From NCBI GenBank assembly GCA_964106645.2, contig OZ067050.1: a stretch of 64,000 nucleotides of DNA, one strand, 5' to 3'. A program made the position numbers and the translations under genes. This DNA comes from Podarcis pityusensis (Eukaryota). Below, in pieces: positions 26,209 to 37,771 of the stretch (positions are counted from its first letter, which is position 1; each line of letters starts with the position of its first letter). The notes under the pieces are model-generated. The model ran no database searches. It was not told the origin of the DNA and worked only from the letters and a program-made list of their open reading frames with translations.

Positions 26209-26486
26209 CAGTGGTGCCTCGCAAGACGAATGCCTCGCAAGACGAAAAACGCGCAAGACGAAAGAGTTTTCCGTTTTTTGAGTCGTTCCGCAAGACGAAT
26301 TTCCCTATGGGCTTGCTTCGCAAGACGAAACGTCTTGCGAGTTCTTGCGAGTTTGTTTCCTTTTTCTTAAAGCCGCTAAGCCGTTAATAGCCGCTAAGCC
26401 GCTAATAGCCGTGCTTCGCAAGACAAAAAACCACAAGACGAAGAGACTCGCGGAACGGATTAATTTCGTCTTGCGAGGCACCACTG
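26209..26486. mobile_element. Young Tc1/pogo-type MITE
   Basis: Perfect 22-bp TIR CAGTGGTGCCTCGCAAGACGAA, TA TSD, intact CpGs, internal CGCAAGACGA repeats. Confidence 0.93.
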
Positions 26487-26488
26487 TA

Positions 26489-26735
26489 TAGTGTCCCAGT
26501 CATGGGAAGGAATAGTCCTGCTCTTTTCAGACCACACCTGGAGTACTGCGCCCAGTTGTGGGCACCACAACTTAAGAAAGATATTAACAAGCTACAATGT
26601 GTGCAGAGGAAGGCGGCCAAGATTATCAGGGGTCTGGAAACCAAGCCTTATGAGGAAGGGTTGAGGGTATGTCTAACCTGGTAAAGAGAAAACCAGATGA
26701 CCCTCTTCCAGCTCTACAATTCTGTGATCCTATGC
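26489..26735 (+). mobile_element. CR1 LINE 3' fragment
   Basis: [46 protein letters not shown], then CR1-like 3' end ccttccagctctacaattctgtgatcctatg. Confidence 0.9.
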
Positions 26736-26980
26736 TCGTTGGACACAATCCATTAACCCTTTAACTTTTCTATCAACACCAAGTGGCACCTAATGCTGAG
26801 TGTGTTGCAATTTATCCCACCACTACACAGAATGCTGGGCATGTGTATGTTTTACAATGACAATCAGTGTGGTCTTGCTGTAACCTTTCAAGCTGCTTAT
26901 GTGTGTGGCTCCCATGTTGGATTAGATGGGCAATTGGGCTGATCCAGGAGGCCCTTATGTTCTTACAAGTTCTGTGACAG

Positions 26981-27214
26981 TGTGGTGCAGTGGTTAAGAG
27001 CGGTGGACTCGTAATCTGGTGAACCAGGTTCGCTTCCATGCTCCTCCACATGCAGCTGCTGGGTGACCTTGGGCTAGTCACACTTCTCTGAAGTCTCTCA
27101 GCCTCACTCACCTCACAGGGTGTTTGTTGTGGGGGAGGAAGGGAAAGGAGATTGTTGGCCGCTTTGAGACTCCTTCGGGTAGTGATAAAGTGGGGTATCA
27201 AATCCAAACTCGTC
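26981..27214 (+). mobile_element. Squam3-like SINE with TSD
   Basis: Same family as 15140; flanking direct repeat TTCTGTGACAG (26970-26980, 27215-27225). Confidence 0.88.
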
Positions 27215-27303
27215 TTCTGTGACAGATGCAGGAGTCTAAGCCCATGACATCAAGGCCCTTCATCCAGCTATTTCACTTAATGCTGTTCTTACTTCAATTC
27301 CAG

Positions 27304-27402
27304 GAGTACAACATGTATGGCTGGTGGGTTGGAGAGCTGAACAGCATGGTGGGGATTGTGCCAAAGGACTATCTTATGCCCGCCTACGATGTGGAAAGAT
27401 GA
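27304..27402 (+). CDS. SKAP1: SKAP1 last coding exon (C-terminal part of SH3 domain); exon continues to 27409
   Basis: After acceptor ...aattccag| reads [32 protein letters not shown] (TGA 27400-27402). This matches the recalled human SKAP1 end ([24 protein letters not shown]...) better than SKAP2. Donor cag|gtaaga at 27410. Synteny with SNX11 supports the call. Confidence 0.95.
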   Translation, partial: EYNMYGWWVGELNSMVGIVPKDYLMPAYDVER

Positions 27403-27561
27403 ATGGCAGGTAAGACAAGGCTGAGTTCGTGTCGTTGGGCAACGATTGTAGCGGATCTCCTTCAGGTTTAGTCACCTGCCATGGGACAGTTCTCCTTTAC
27501 AGTCTCCATATGATGCTCTTGAATAGTTTCTACTCACTTCAGTGGGGCTGATGCACTAGAA

Positions 27562-27698
27562 CAGGCATGGCCAAACCTGGCCCTCCAGATGTTTTTGGGA
27601 CTACAGTTCCCATCATCCCTGACCACTGGTCCTGTTAGCTAGGGATCATGGGAGTTGTAGTCCCAAAATATCTGGAGGGCCAGATTTGCCTATGCCTG
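27562..27698. mobile_element. Palindromic hAT-type MITE
   Basis: Near-complete hairpin (ggccctccagat..gggactaca..tcccat / atgggagttgtagtccc..atctggagggcc); TSD CACTAGAA / CACTAAAA. Degraded relatives near 38530, 40000 and 42360. Confidence 0.9.
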
Positions 27699-30600
27699 CA
27701 CTAAAACTTGTCAGAGAACTGTTCTCAGATACATCTGTCTCTCAGAACCAAGCTACACATAATAATAAATGTGTGGCATGTGTTTTTAAAAAGCAGCTAA
27801 GCCCCCGTCCTCGATTAATTTGAATCGGGGCTTCAGCACAGGCTGAGGAGTGGATTAACCCTTTCCACTGCAGTGCAGTTCCAATTAAAATTCTTCCTGC
27901 CTCACAAACTACTATTTGTTCCGAAAAGAAAAATGCTGTTGCCCCCCCCCCCCACCCCACAATATCTATCACTCCTGCCATAGTACTGAGATTAGGGGAA
28001 CCTGCAGCTGCTATTTAAAGACACTGACAAATTCAAATATGCACTTAGCATGTAGTTTGCCCCTCACTCCGTTGCTCTTAATGGCACCTGAAATATATCA
28101 CCTGAAGTGGCTGCCTTACTTTTCTCATGGCAAGTCAAAAACTTTGAAGGAACCTTCCTTTTGCATTCCTCAGCTGCTTGCCAAACCCATTACTGTTTCA
28201 TCGGCTGATAAGTCTTCCCTCAGAGGTGCCTTGGAGTTAACTGAACTGCACTTAAGATAAATGAAACACATAGTGTGATTTTAATCAACCACCAGGAGGT
28301 GGTGCTGTTACTTGTGTTGAAGGGAATGCACCAGCTGGGGAAAAAAGGTAAAAGAAGGGATGCTCCAAAATGGTGGACAGTTGGCAAAGAGAAAATGGAG
28401 GGAAGCTGAGCAATTGCTCATTTGTATTCTATAACTTATCTGGTTCTGAAGATCCCTAAAGATCTAGTCATTAATGAGAGGCAGAGGTATTATATGGCTT
28501 ATTCTCAACTATAGAGAGAAAGCAATTTTACTTCCCTTTGCAAATAATTGTTTTGTCTAGGCAGAGATGAACTGTTGGGTAATTAACTGAGAATCAGCCA
28601 CCTTTCTGTTCTGCCTGATGAAAACTATTGAGAAACTCCAAAAGATAGCATATTCTCACAGCCATATAAGCTGGCCCAATATAATTGTCATAATATATAA
28701 ACTACTTTCTATCTATACCTTGGTAATGACTCAGGTCTTATCTGCTGTTGACTAATGGGAAAGTGGCTCTGTGAACCACTGGTTTGTCTTGGGACAGTTG
28801 TTTTTAGGATGGGACAACAAGGATGATCATGCAGTTGTTGGTTGTTGAGGGTTACTCCTGTCTGGCAGTGCTGCCCACTGATCTGGAACCACAGCTCCCG
28901 ATACCAGATAGCAAAGGAAAGAAATCTCAACCATGCTCAGAGACACTCCTGTCTCTATTATATGTGACATATTCCAGGTCTCTGAACCCTGGCAAAAACA
29001 AATTCTGAGGCTGTGTTATGGTGAGATGTGGCTTAAATTGAACAGTGAGTGGGGAGATCCATATCCTTTCATTATTGTGGATGATATTCTCCAGCCCAAG
29101 AGCAGGCTGGGTATCTGAAACATTAACAGAGAGTTTGTTAAAAAGGCACTGCACGCAATGTTTCTTGATTGTCTTTTTACATAAGCCTGGATTAAACCTG
29201 GAGGAATATTGTCTCTGGCTCCATCTTCTGGCCTCTCCTTTCTGCTGGAGCAAGCCAGGAAGTCTCCACATTAGGAGAAAGCATTAAGATTCATTAGGTG
29301 AATTCTGAGTTAACAGTGAAGTGGAATTCAGTAAGGTCATACCGTGTTGGCAGGGAGCACATTTATACAAAGGAGGGCTAGAGGAGGAATAGCTGGTTAG
29401 ACAAAGGTGCTAAAAAGATGTAGGAGTCAAGGTAGAAGAACAAACTATATCAAAATACAATTTTAAATTTTACTGAATTAGTGACCAGTCTGTAGCGTGG
29501 GTGCCACAAGTGGCACAGCCAGTGGAGTCTCATTGGCCTGACTGTAGCATGGAGTCAGGTCTGATTTCCTGCCTGCTCCCTACACTTAGAGGCAAGGCCA
29601 CCTCAAGGCATGTGAATGGGGTGCAGTGTATGCTGCAGTGGAATTACGAAATACTTTGGACTTTGCTTTGGTGCTCTCGTTCAATAAATTGGCCACCACT
29701 GTTTAATTAACTGCAAGGCTAGCTCCATGTTTGCTTGGACCTGGGTACCAGATTTGCTCAAGCAAAAGCCCAATACTCTGTCACAAGCTGGATCAATTAC
29801 CTTCTAACACATGTTAATTTCAACCAATTCACGAGGTGTCTAATACACAGTTTAGGAAATTAACTTAATTGGTCTCTCGCACATGCTAATTAAAGGATTG
29901 GAAGTGCCTAGTACAGAGCTCAAATGCACACATGGATCTGTCTTAAATGTGCATGTCTGGCTGTTTCCTGTTTTTAATACTGCAAGCCTTAAACTCTAGC
30001 ACCTTCAAACCTGTAACACTTACCTCTGATATCCAGAGTCCTGAGATTACAGCAAGCAGGTGAGCAGGCTTTGTGCCAGATCCACTCAGGTCACTTGCAT
30101 CCTCCTTAATTTACCCTCCCTGCTGGTTTCTCAACAGCCAAGAGTGGTGAGTTGGAAATTATGCCAGGTCTGGGACTAAGCTACATAGGCCCTTTAAACG
30201 TTTATGAGCCCTGGGCAAACTGTTCAGCATTCCTTGTGCTGGTGCCTTGTGGCAAGCGATTGCCTGTATTCACTGTTGGTTTTTCATATCCAGAAGGAAA
30301 TTGGAGGCTTTCTTTGTATAACTTGAAATTTCCAAGCAGGGCTTATTTTGTGAACTAAGAGCAGAGGGGCATCCAGCACCCTAAGGCTGGATGTAGTGGG
30401 TTAGTTACCTAGAGTGAAAACCCATTTTTGAAGTTTGTGTTTCAGACATACCTAACAGCAAGTCCAGGACCTTTTGTGTGGAGATTGAGTGATTTACAAT
30501 GTGCACAACAGTCGCCAGACATCACAAATGGAGGGGTCCACATCAAGACTGATGAAATATTGTCAATTTTTAAAAAAATGGAGTGGGAGGGTCTTGCGGG

Positions 30601-31116
30601 GCAACAAAAAAACCTGGGTTGAATGTGGGCTGTGGGTTGGCCACCTTATTGATCATTCTATTTTCATAGTTTTTCCTCCCAAATGACCATCTTCACATTT
30701 ATTTTATGTTCCCTCCTAGATAACCTGGGTCTCATCTCTTCCCGTTCCTTGCATTGTTGATGCAACAGAAACACTTCCTAGAACCCCTCTTTGCTGTTCC
30801 TAAGAAAAATATGTGCACACGAGATGTCCTCAACCCACATTAAATCTGCTGCAGAAGCACAGTCTCCTCTCCTGTTGTTCCTTCAGCCTTTTCCATTCTG
30901 AGATAGAGTTCTTCACACTCTAGAGACTTTTGCTCTAGTCCTTTTTCCCCACTTGGCACATGCTCTTGTTCTGCAGAAGGTGGCCAGACATTCTACATAC
31001 ATGATGGTGGGGGCAGTACTTGCTTTTGCAGAAGACTCAATGGGGAAATATGTTGACAATATTTCGGAATAAATACTTCTGTCATTTGCTGATTAGAAAG
31101 TGTTTATTGTGCTGAA

Positions 31117-31119
<3 letters not shown>

Positions 31120-31177
<58 letters not shown>

Positions 31178-31180
31178 TGT
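31120..31180. repeat. Compound (CT)n(GT)n microsatellite
   Basis: Direct reading. Confidence 0.95.
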
Positions 31181-31503
31181 TTATCAGCTAGTCAAGTTTT
31201 ATTGCTTTAGCCAAAGGCCAAAACATGCAGTACAGAATACAGTATAATTAGAATAAAACTCCCAAATCCCAGATAAAAGTTATGAGGGAGGCAGAAGAGA
31301 TTCCATTTAGAACAGAGTAATTTGGATTTTATTCATGCTTAAAATATTAAGTATGCTTATAATAAATATACGCTACTTACATTAAGAGAAACATAAAGAT
31401 TGAAAGACAACTGGGTAAAAAAGAAATAAATGTTTCATTTTTGTTGCTATTCATTTATTGCAGCATCAGAGGTGGGAATGTGTTTTAATAAGAAATCTGG
31501 CAG

Positions 31504-31536
<33 letters not shown>

Positions 31537-32356
31537 CCTATAGAACAGGCCTGTATATTCCAGTTGAACACACCTCACAGCCTTGTCAGCAAGCTGCTTG
31601 ACTGACCTGTTTTCTTCAAGTCCCAGGCAGGCAGCAAAGACAAAAGGTTTATTGAGCCCCTGTTTGGCTGTCATACATGGCTGCTAGCTGTCTACCTGGA
31701 TAGGCCACAAGTTGGACAGGCTAGCTATAAATATAGCAATACTATATAAAGAAAAAAAATCCATCTGACTTACAACTCATGGATAGGTATTTAGACCAAA
31801 CTCCTAGCCCCCATCTTGTTCAAGATCTAGCTTTTTGCTCCAAAATCTGATGGAAACCCAAAACTGATCTGCTTCAGCTTTAATAATGCAATGTAAAATG
31901 CCACTGCAGGCGATTCCTATTTTCTAGAGTGATAAGTGTTGGACTTAAAACTTGATGTGCACGGGAGCCCTTTGCCTATGGATGGAGAGTGTCTTGCAGA
32001 TCTTAGTGGAAAAGAATTCTTTGTGCTGCTTTGCATGCTGAAGGTTCCAGGGTCAATTCCTGGCATCCCTCAGTAGGGCTGGGAGACACCTCAATCTGAA
32101 ACCCTTGAGAGCTGCTGGCTCAGAATAAATGTTGCAACTAACACATCCAGGACAAGTGCATGGAAGGTTGCCTGCCTACACCTGGATCTCTGGGATAAAG
32201 GTGGCAGAGCCCTCACTCTCTGACACAATGGATCTAGTTGTGTGAGTTTTATTAAACTACATCTCCAGGGTGTGACATAGCTGAGCTATGAGACTGCAAA
32301 CCATCTGCCACACCGTGATGCCAGCCAGTGGAAAGCTGTTTCTCATCATATTTCAG

Positions 32357-32600
32357 GTGTAGAGGTCATTGAAGCCACAAGATGGCGGTAGTTAACTGCT
32401 CACCTGGTACATCTAAATTCCCAGTGGTAGCAAACCTGGAGTTCTTCCCCTCCCACACTCCCCAGGGATGACATGGGAAAAGATAGCGTTTTAGTCTTTC
32501 ATGTTGACAAATCTAATGGCCGTGCTTCGTGGATGAAAACCTATGCTGCGACCTGCACACAGCTTACTTAAAATCCACTGGAATAAATAAGATTCTCAGT
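32357..32600 (+). other. SKAP1: Candidate non-coding terminal 3'UTR exon of SKAP1
   Basis: The donor at 27410 implies a downstream UTR exon. Acceptor-like catatttcag|gt at 32356/7 and AATAAA at 32582; another AATAAA near 34602. Location is a guess. Confidence 0.25.
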
Positions 32601-33254
32601 AGGCCAACTGTGTGCAAAATTGCAGCCTTACATTTGGTTTCAAAATGGCTCAACTGAAACTAACTGGGGAAGAGGAACGCCTTAAGCAAATTCCTCTAAC
32701 TTGAATTTGCATGTAGGACTTTGCAAATGATTTTGTTTCAACATTCGCTGTTACTGAATTTCACTTGGCTTTCGTGGGCTGAGGAAGAAACAAGGAGAGC
32801 AATCTAGTCCCATTTGATCACGGCCAACACACATAGGGCTAAAAGGAGCTTGGATTCCTTTTCACCTGTATCATTGTCTGAACAAGAGTGGACATGTGTG
32901 GAAGTGACATGGCACAAAATAGGAGTGCTGAGTGCACTTCCCACATTCCCATTCAGTCCTCCAATTCTGCCTGGGTAACTTGCTAGTAGCATAAGGGAAA
33001 GGGAGATGGGGATATGAGATGCACACACAGAGCTACCATTCATCAGATTGCCTTGGTATAAATCTGGCAAGCTTCACATTCCTCCCAGAATCTACCAATG
33101 GGACGTGAAGTTTAAGATTTTAAAATAATCCTTCTAAGTCATATTTGAAAGCAAAATTGCAAGTTTTCAGAAATTCTGACATTTTACCAAATTTCAGTTT
33201 TAGAAAATGCAGAATGCAATTCTTTGAGTAATGTGAACTAGACTACCTACATGT

Positions 33255-33476
33255 CAGTGTGGTGTAGTGGTTAGTGTGTTGCTCTAGGACCTGGGAGGTC
33301 TGGGTTCAAATCCCCACTCAGCCATGGAGCTCACCAGGTATCCTTGGGCCAGTCCTAGCCTAGCCTACCTCACAGGGTTGTTGTGAGGATAAAATGAGGT
33401 GGAGGAAAGCTGTACACCACCTTGAGCTCCTTGGAGGAAAGATGGGATATTAAATGAATGAATGAATGAATGAATG
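33255..33476 (+). mobile_element. MIR/Ther1-related (older Squam3-type) SINE with (TGAA)n tail
   Basis: tRNA head with gggttcaaatccc B-box; core cctacctcacagggttgttgtgaggataaaatg; (atga)n tail. Confidence 0.8.
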
Positions 33477-36400
33477 TACCTACTAGAAATCTTATATAAA
33501 GTAACTTCTTCATGCCATCATCCTTTCTAGTGTTTATGTTTAAGTCTCAGGATTCTAGCTGTAGGATGTGTGGGGCTGAAATTAGCAAAATGGGGGAAAG
33601 AACTTCTATCCTACTAACTAGGACCCCAGTGGTTATGGTTTCCTACCCAATACTCTTTGCACATTTGGAGGCAGAAATGAGATGCTGTCCACAGGATGAT
33701 GGAACGGTGAGTGATGTAGATTGAAGTTCCATGTTCACAGATTTATTTATTTATTTATTTATTGCATTTATATCCCACCTTTCTCCTGATAGTATACCAT
33801 TGATTACAACTTGCTTTGGACAAACAAGTGGTGCATTTTGCCATCATGTCCCATTTAATTTCCCCGAGACATCTACTTGTCCACTTTGCAGACAGAATGC
33901 TAGATTACATGGGCCCTTGGCTGGGCTACATGTTGTTATTACAGCATGGTCTTCTTGACAAGTGTTTGGTAGAGAAACTGGAGGAAACAGGAACTCTCCA
34001 GGGTGCTGAAACATGCATAAAATAACCCACTATCCCGTTCATGAAAACAGATTCCTCTTCTTACCCAGACTTTAAAGTCTCTTCATATGATGTGTAATAA
34101 CATCCACATCAAAGATGGCATGTATACTGCAACATATGAAATTTAATGTACGTTTATTTCACATAAACACAAGCACTCTCTTGGCAATGCTTTAGATTAT
34201 TTGCATCAAGCAGGGGTACTAAATGGCTTATAAGATCTTAGCCAACGTAGCCTGGGAAATTTACTTTGGAAAGATACTGATAATTCTTTTTTAGAGCCTT
34301 AAGATCTCCCAGAACTACATTTCCCAGAGTTCCTTGAGAGAGGGAAATCGTAACAATTGATTTAAATTGAAATGTAGTCAAGCTTTTAGAGGGTTTCCAT
34401 AACATGGATACAGATTGGGCATTAAGAATGGGAACATTCAGAAACCAGAATGTGCAGAATGTTCAACCTATTTGAACATTACGTCTTCTGAACTCAGGCT
34501 AGCTACATGTGAATGCAACTATTTCAGATAGCAATTAGAGAGAGAGAATAAGTAACAATGAACAAAATTTCATTAACAAATTTCCTTTTTTTCAGTATTT
34601 CAATAAAGGGTTATGAGTGATTCAATATAAAAGGTCAGTTTATTTCCCATGTCATCTATTTTGTTATGTACTGAATTCATTTTTAGAGTCCAAGCAGATG
34701 TTTAGTGTTTATGTTTAATACTCCAGTAAACATTGGACTGTGCCAGGACGCGTTCTGATTTGCTGTTATCCTTAGCTTTACTGTGGTAATAAGCTGTGTC
34801 CACAATTCCACATTTACAAAAAAAGTTATTTCAAACTTGAGTAACTGTTACAGCTTCAACATATTCTGGAAACTGGAGTTTTGTGAAATAACTGAGAGGC
34901 ATTATAAAAATTCAAGAACACATACCAGCCAGGCAATGACACTCAAGGAGGGTATGAAGTAGGGCTGAAGCAGGGTGTAGCTTGGGGACAGGGGTTATGG
35001 CTTGGAGGGTGTTCCTGAGAACCAGACAGAGAGGTCCCCCATCCCTTCTACATACACCTGACAGCAAACACTGATGTAGTCAGAACAGCAGAATTTGGAG
35101 GCAGCAATGCTTTGGCATCCCAGTTTCTGGAAACCACAGGAGGGACGAGTGCTCTTGTGCTCAAATCCAGCTTGTGGGATTTCCCATAGGCATCTGGTTG
35201 GCTAGACCAGATGGGCCATTGGCCTGATCCAGCAAGCTCTTCCTATGTTCTTATCTACACACTCGGAGAAACCCAAAGGATGGCAGAAGCACACACCATC
35301 TTTAGGATGTTGACTGACCACTGTTGGAGGAGGAATGGAATGAAGTATCCTTGACAAGGGCATGGCTGGTTGGAATCCTGAGCTTTGGCATGTCCCACTT
35401 GTACTTTTAATTATCAGATCCTGTGGCAAAAAGCAAGTCAGGGGGGAGGCTGTCTTCTTCAGCATACTCAGTGTGTGAGCTTCTCTAAGGCATCTGGCTG
35501 CCTGTTATTTGAAGGCGGTGCTAGGCTTGATGGTTCTTGTGGTCTGACATTTTAAGATAACAATTCAGTTCTTACTTTGGTGCAGGACATAAACAGACAC
35601 AATCCTGCTGACAAGGATGGTCCAGTTGCAGGAAGGAAGGAATTTACCTCTCATTAGGAAATATTTGCCTACAGTTTCTGTAAGTCCAACTTTGCTGCCA
35701 CAGAGACCACTTGGGCATGGAGAGAGATGAGAGAGGCACCTGGCGGGGTTATTAGCAAACTTGGAGTTCATCCTTCTGCAGGGACTGGTTCATAATTACA
35801 GTCATTTTCTAGCTGTGCGATGAGTGTTTCATCAGGGCCTGCCTGGCTCTATCTCTCCAACCCTCATCAGTCACTAGAAGGGCTCTTTAAAGAGACAGCA
35901 GCTCCACCAGCAGCAGCCCTCTCCCTCTCCATTTCTTTCTGAACAGCTGTGCTTTAATTGGGAAGACATATTTGAACCTCTCAACTCACAGGAGGCAGGG
36001 ATCGCTGCCTACCGCAAATTGTTTGCTCTTCTCCACAACTGTGTTGCCCAGCAGAGGAAAAATAAAGGGCACAATTCACCGAGAAGTTCTCCCACAAAAG
36101 CTCTGTTGAAATAAATGGAAGCACATCTGGTTCATTTCAGTGTGGATTGTGTCCAGTCTGATCTTCTTGTAAATCAGCTCCCAGTATTCGGTCTCACACT
36201 CCCAACATGCTGTCATATTCTAGCATGACCAAGACTCAGAACACAGGGCTGTCTTTATTCTCTGTGGTTCCCATTGAGGTCTGCGGCCTCAGCAGTGGCT
36301 AAGGTGGGGAATTGGCAAAATGACTGGCATCCATCTTCTCCCTCTGCCCATCAAGGCTTACTAGCTCTCAACAATATTTAGCATGCACACAGCACTTCTG

Positions 36401-37577
36401 TGTCCACATGAATCAGCCTTGTTAGGTAGGTTAGTACTATTAATCCCCATAGTTCAGGTGTGGGGAGCTGAGATTGTGTTTCCACAGAGTTTATTGCTGC
36501 AGTGAAATTTAAACTAAGGTCTTCCTACTTTGCAACTCAAGTCTCTAAGGCACTTTGCTACAGTAGCTCCTAGTGATAATGTGAATGGGGAGGACAGATA
36601 ATAAGCCAGGAGCTTTTTGGACGGAAGCTGTTAGTTTTCCACCTTGTTAAAAATAAAATTAAAATTAAAAATCTACTACATAGGAAATCTTTATAGTGAG
36701 GGTAACTAACCTTTTTGGCTTGGGTCACATTTACACTTGGCCAGCGCAGATCAGCTGAGAAGGGTAATCACCCCCTCTCCCTCATGAAATGGCTGATATG
36801 ATTACGTAGGCACTGTGCCCTGCACAACATTGTTTCTGCTTACCGTATTTTTGTTCCCCTTTTTGCCACTGCTCCTAAACTTGGTTGGTTCTTAGAGAGT
36901 GAAATGATTACCAGTATTTTTTTTCCACGAGGCCAGATCACACACCCCAAACTGGGGATTAGCCACCCCTGCTCTGTAGATCCACTGACTTGAGCAGTAC
37001 TGCCTCCCACCATCCAAAGGAATTGTAAGAATCTTTTCTTAAAACTTTCCTATCATCTCATGGGAACAGATCATGTCCTGCACCCAGTCACCCGACTCTA
37101 GAGAAGGCTGTGTGCCTAGTGCCTGGGCTACTTCACACTTTGGGCACAAGCTTAGCATATATGGGCACAGTGGAGGCTGGTTAGTGGAGCACTGCTCCAC
37201 TAACCTCCAGTCTATCATTAGCCAGCCCCCACCTGCCTGCCTTCTTACTAACAAACAGAATAGATACACTTGTCACTGACTTTGGCTCCGCCTGCCTCTG
37301 ATCTCCCTTGTCTTCTGCCCTGCCAGCCCCCATTACATGGACATCTCAAAGAGCTGAGCCAGGGAGTTCTGCATGCGTTATCCCTTTGCAATGTGGGGTC
37401 TGCTGTTCTTCATGCATAGATTGATTCCTCTACACCAAAGCTGTGGTGTGAGCTTGGGCAAAGCCCAGATCCCTGCTCTGTAATATAAGACTCATGCTGA
37501 CCTTGCTCACAAAAATCCTAATAGAACAGCAATACCGTATAGTTGACAAAGTACTTTGCATGTGGAATGGCACCATT

Positions 37578-37771
37578 CAGGAGTGCCAACTTGAATAAAA
37601 TATTGTGCCCAGGTAAGCCCCGCCCCACATAATCACATGATGCAGTGCGTGCACACACACACACTCTCACCAATTGAATGGGAATGCCTATCAACTTTGT
37701 GGGGGCCCAGCCCCCTCAAATGTTTTATTGTGGGGTCTGAAGTCCCTACAGCCCCCGAGTTGGCTCCTATG
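37578..37771. mobile_element. hAT-type MITE
   Basis: 8-bp TSD GCACCATT / GCACCATA; imperfect TIRs sharing GCCAACT / AGTTGGC. Confidence 0.75.

Noticed and set aside
26209-26486. Regularly spaced short repeats resembling a CRISPR-like array
   Set aside because: Repeats are about 10 bp, irregularly spaced and enclosed by TIRs with a TA TSD in vertebrate DNA, so this is a MITE
1-27303. Search for the preceding SKAP1 SH3 exon (DY..YYQGLWDC...ELSF.RGD..)
   Set aside because: Not found by eye or in the ORF track; probably upstream of the window. A TBLASTN with SKAP1 would settle it.
33255-33330. tRNA gene-like A/B boxes (also at 15140, 26981, 48400, 50860, 52440)
   Set aside because: They continue into SINE bodies and lack a complete cloverleaf; these are SINE heads
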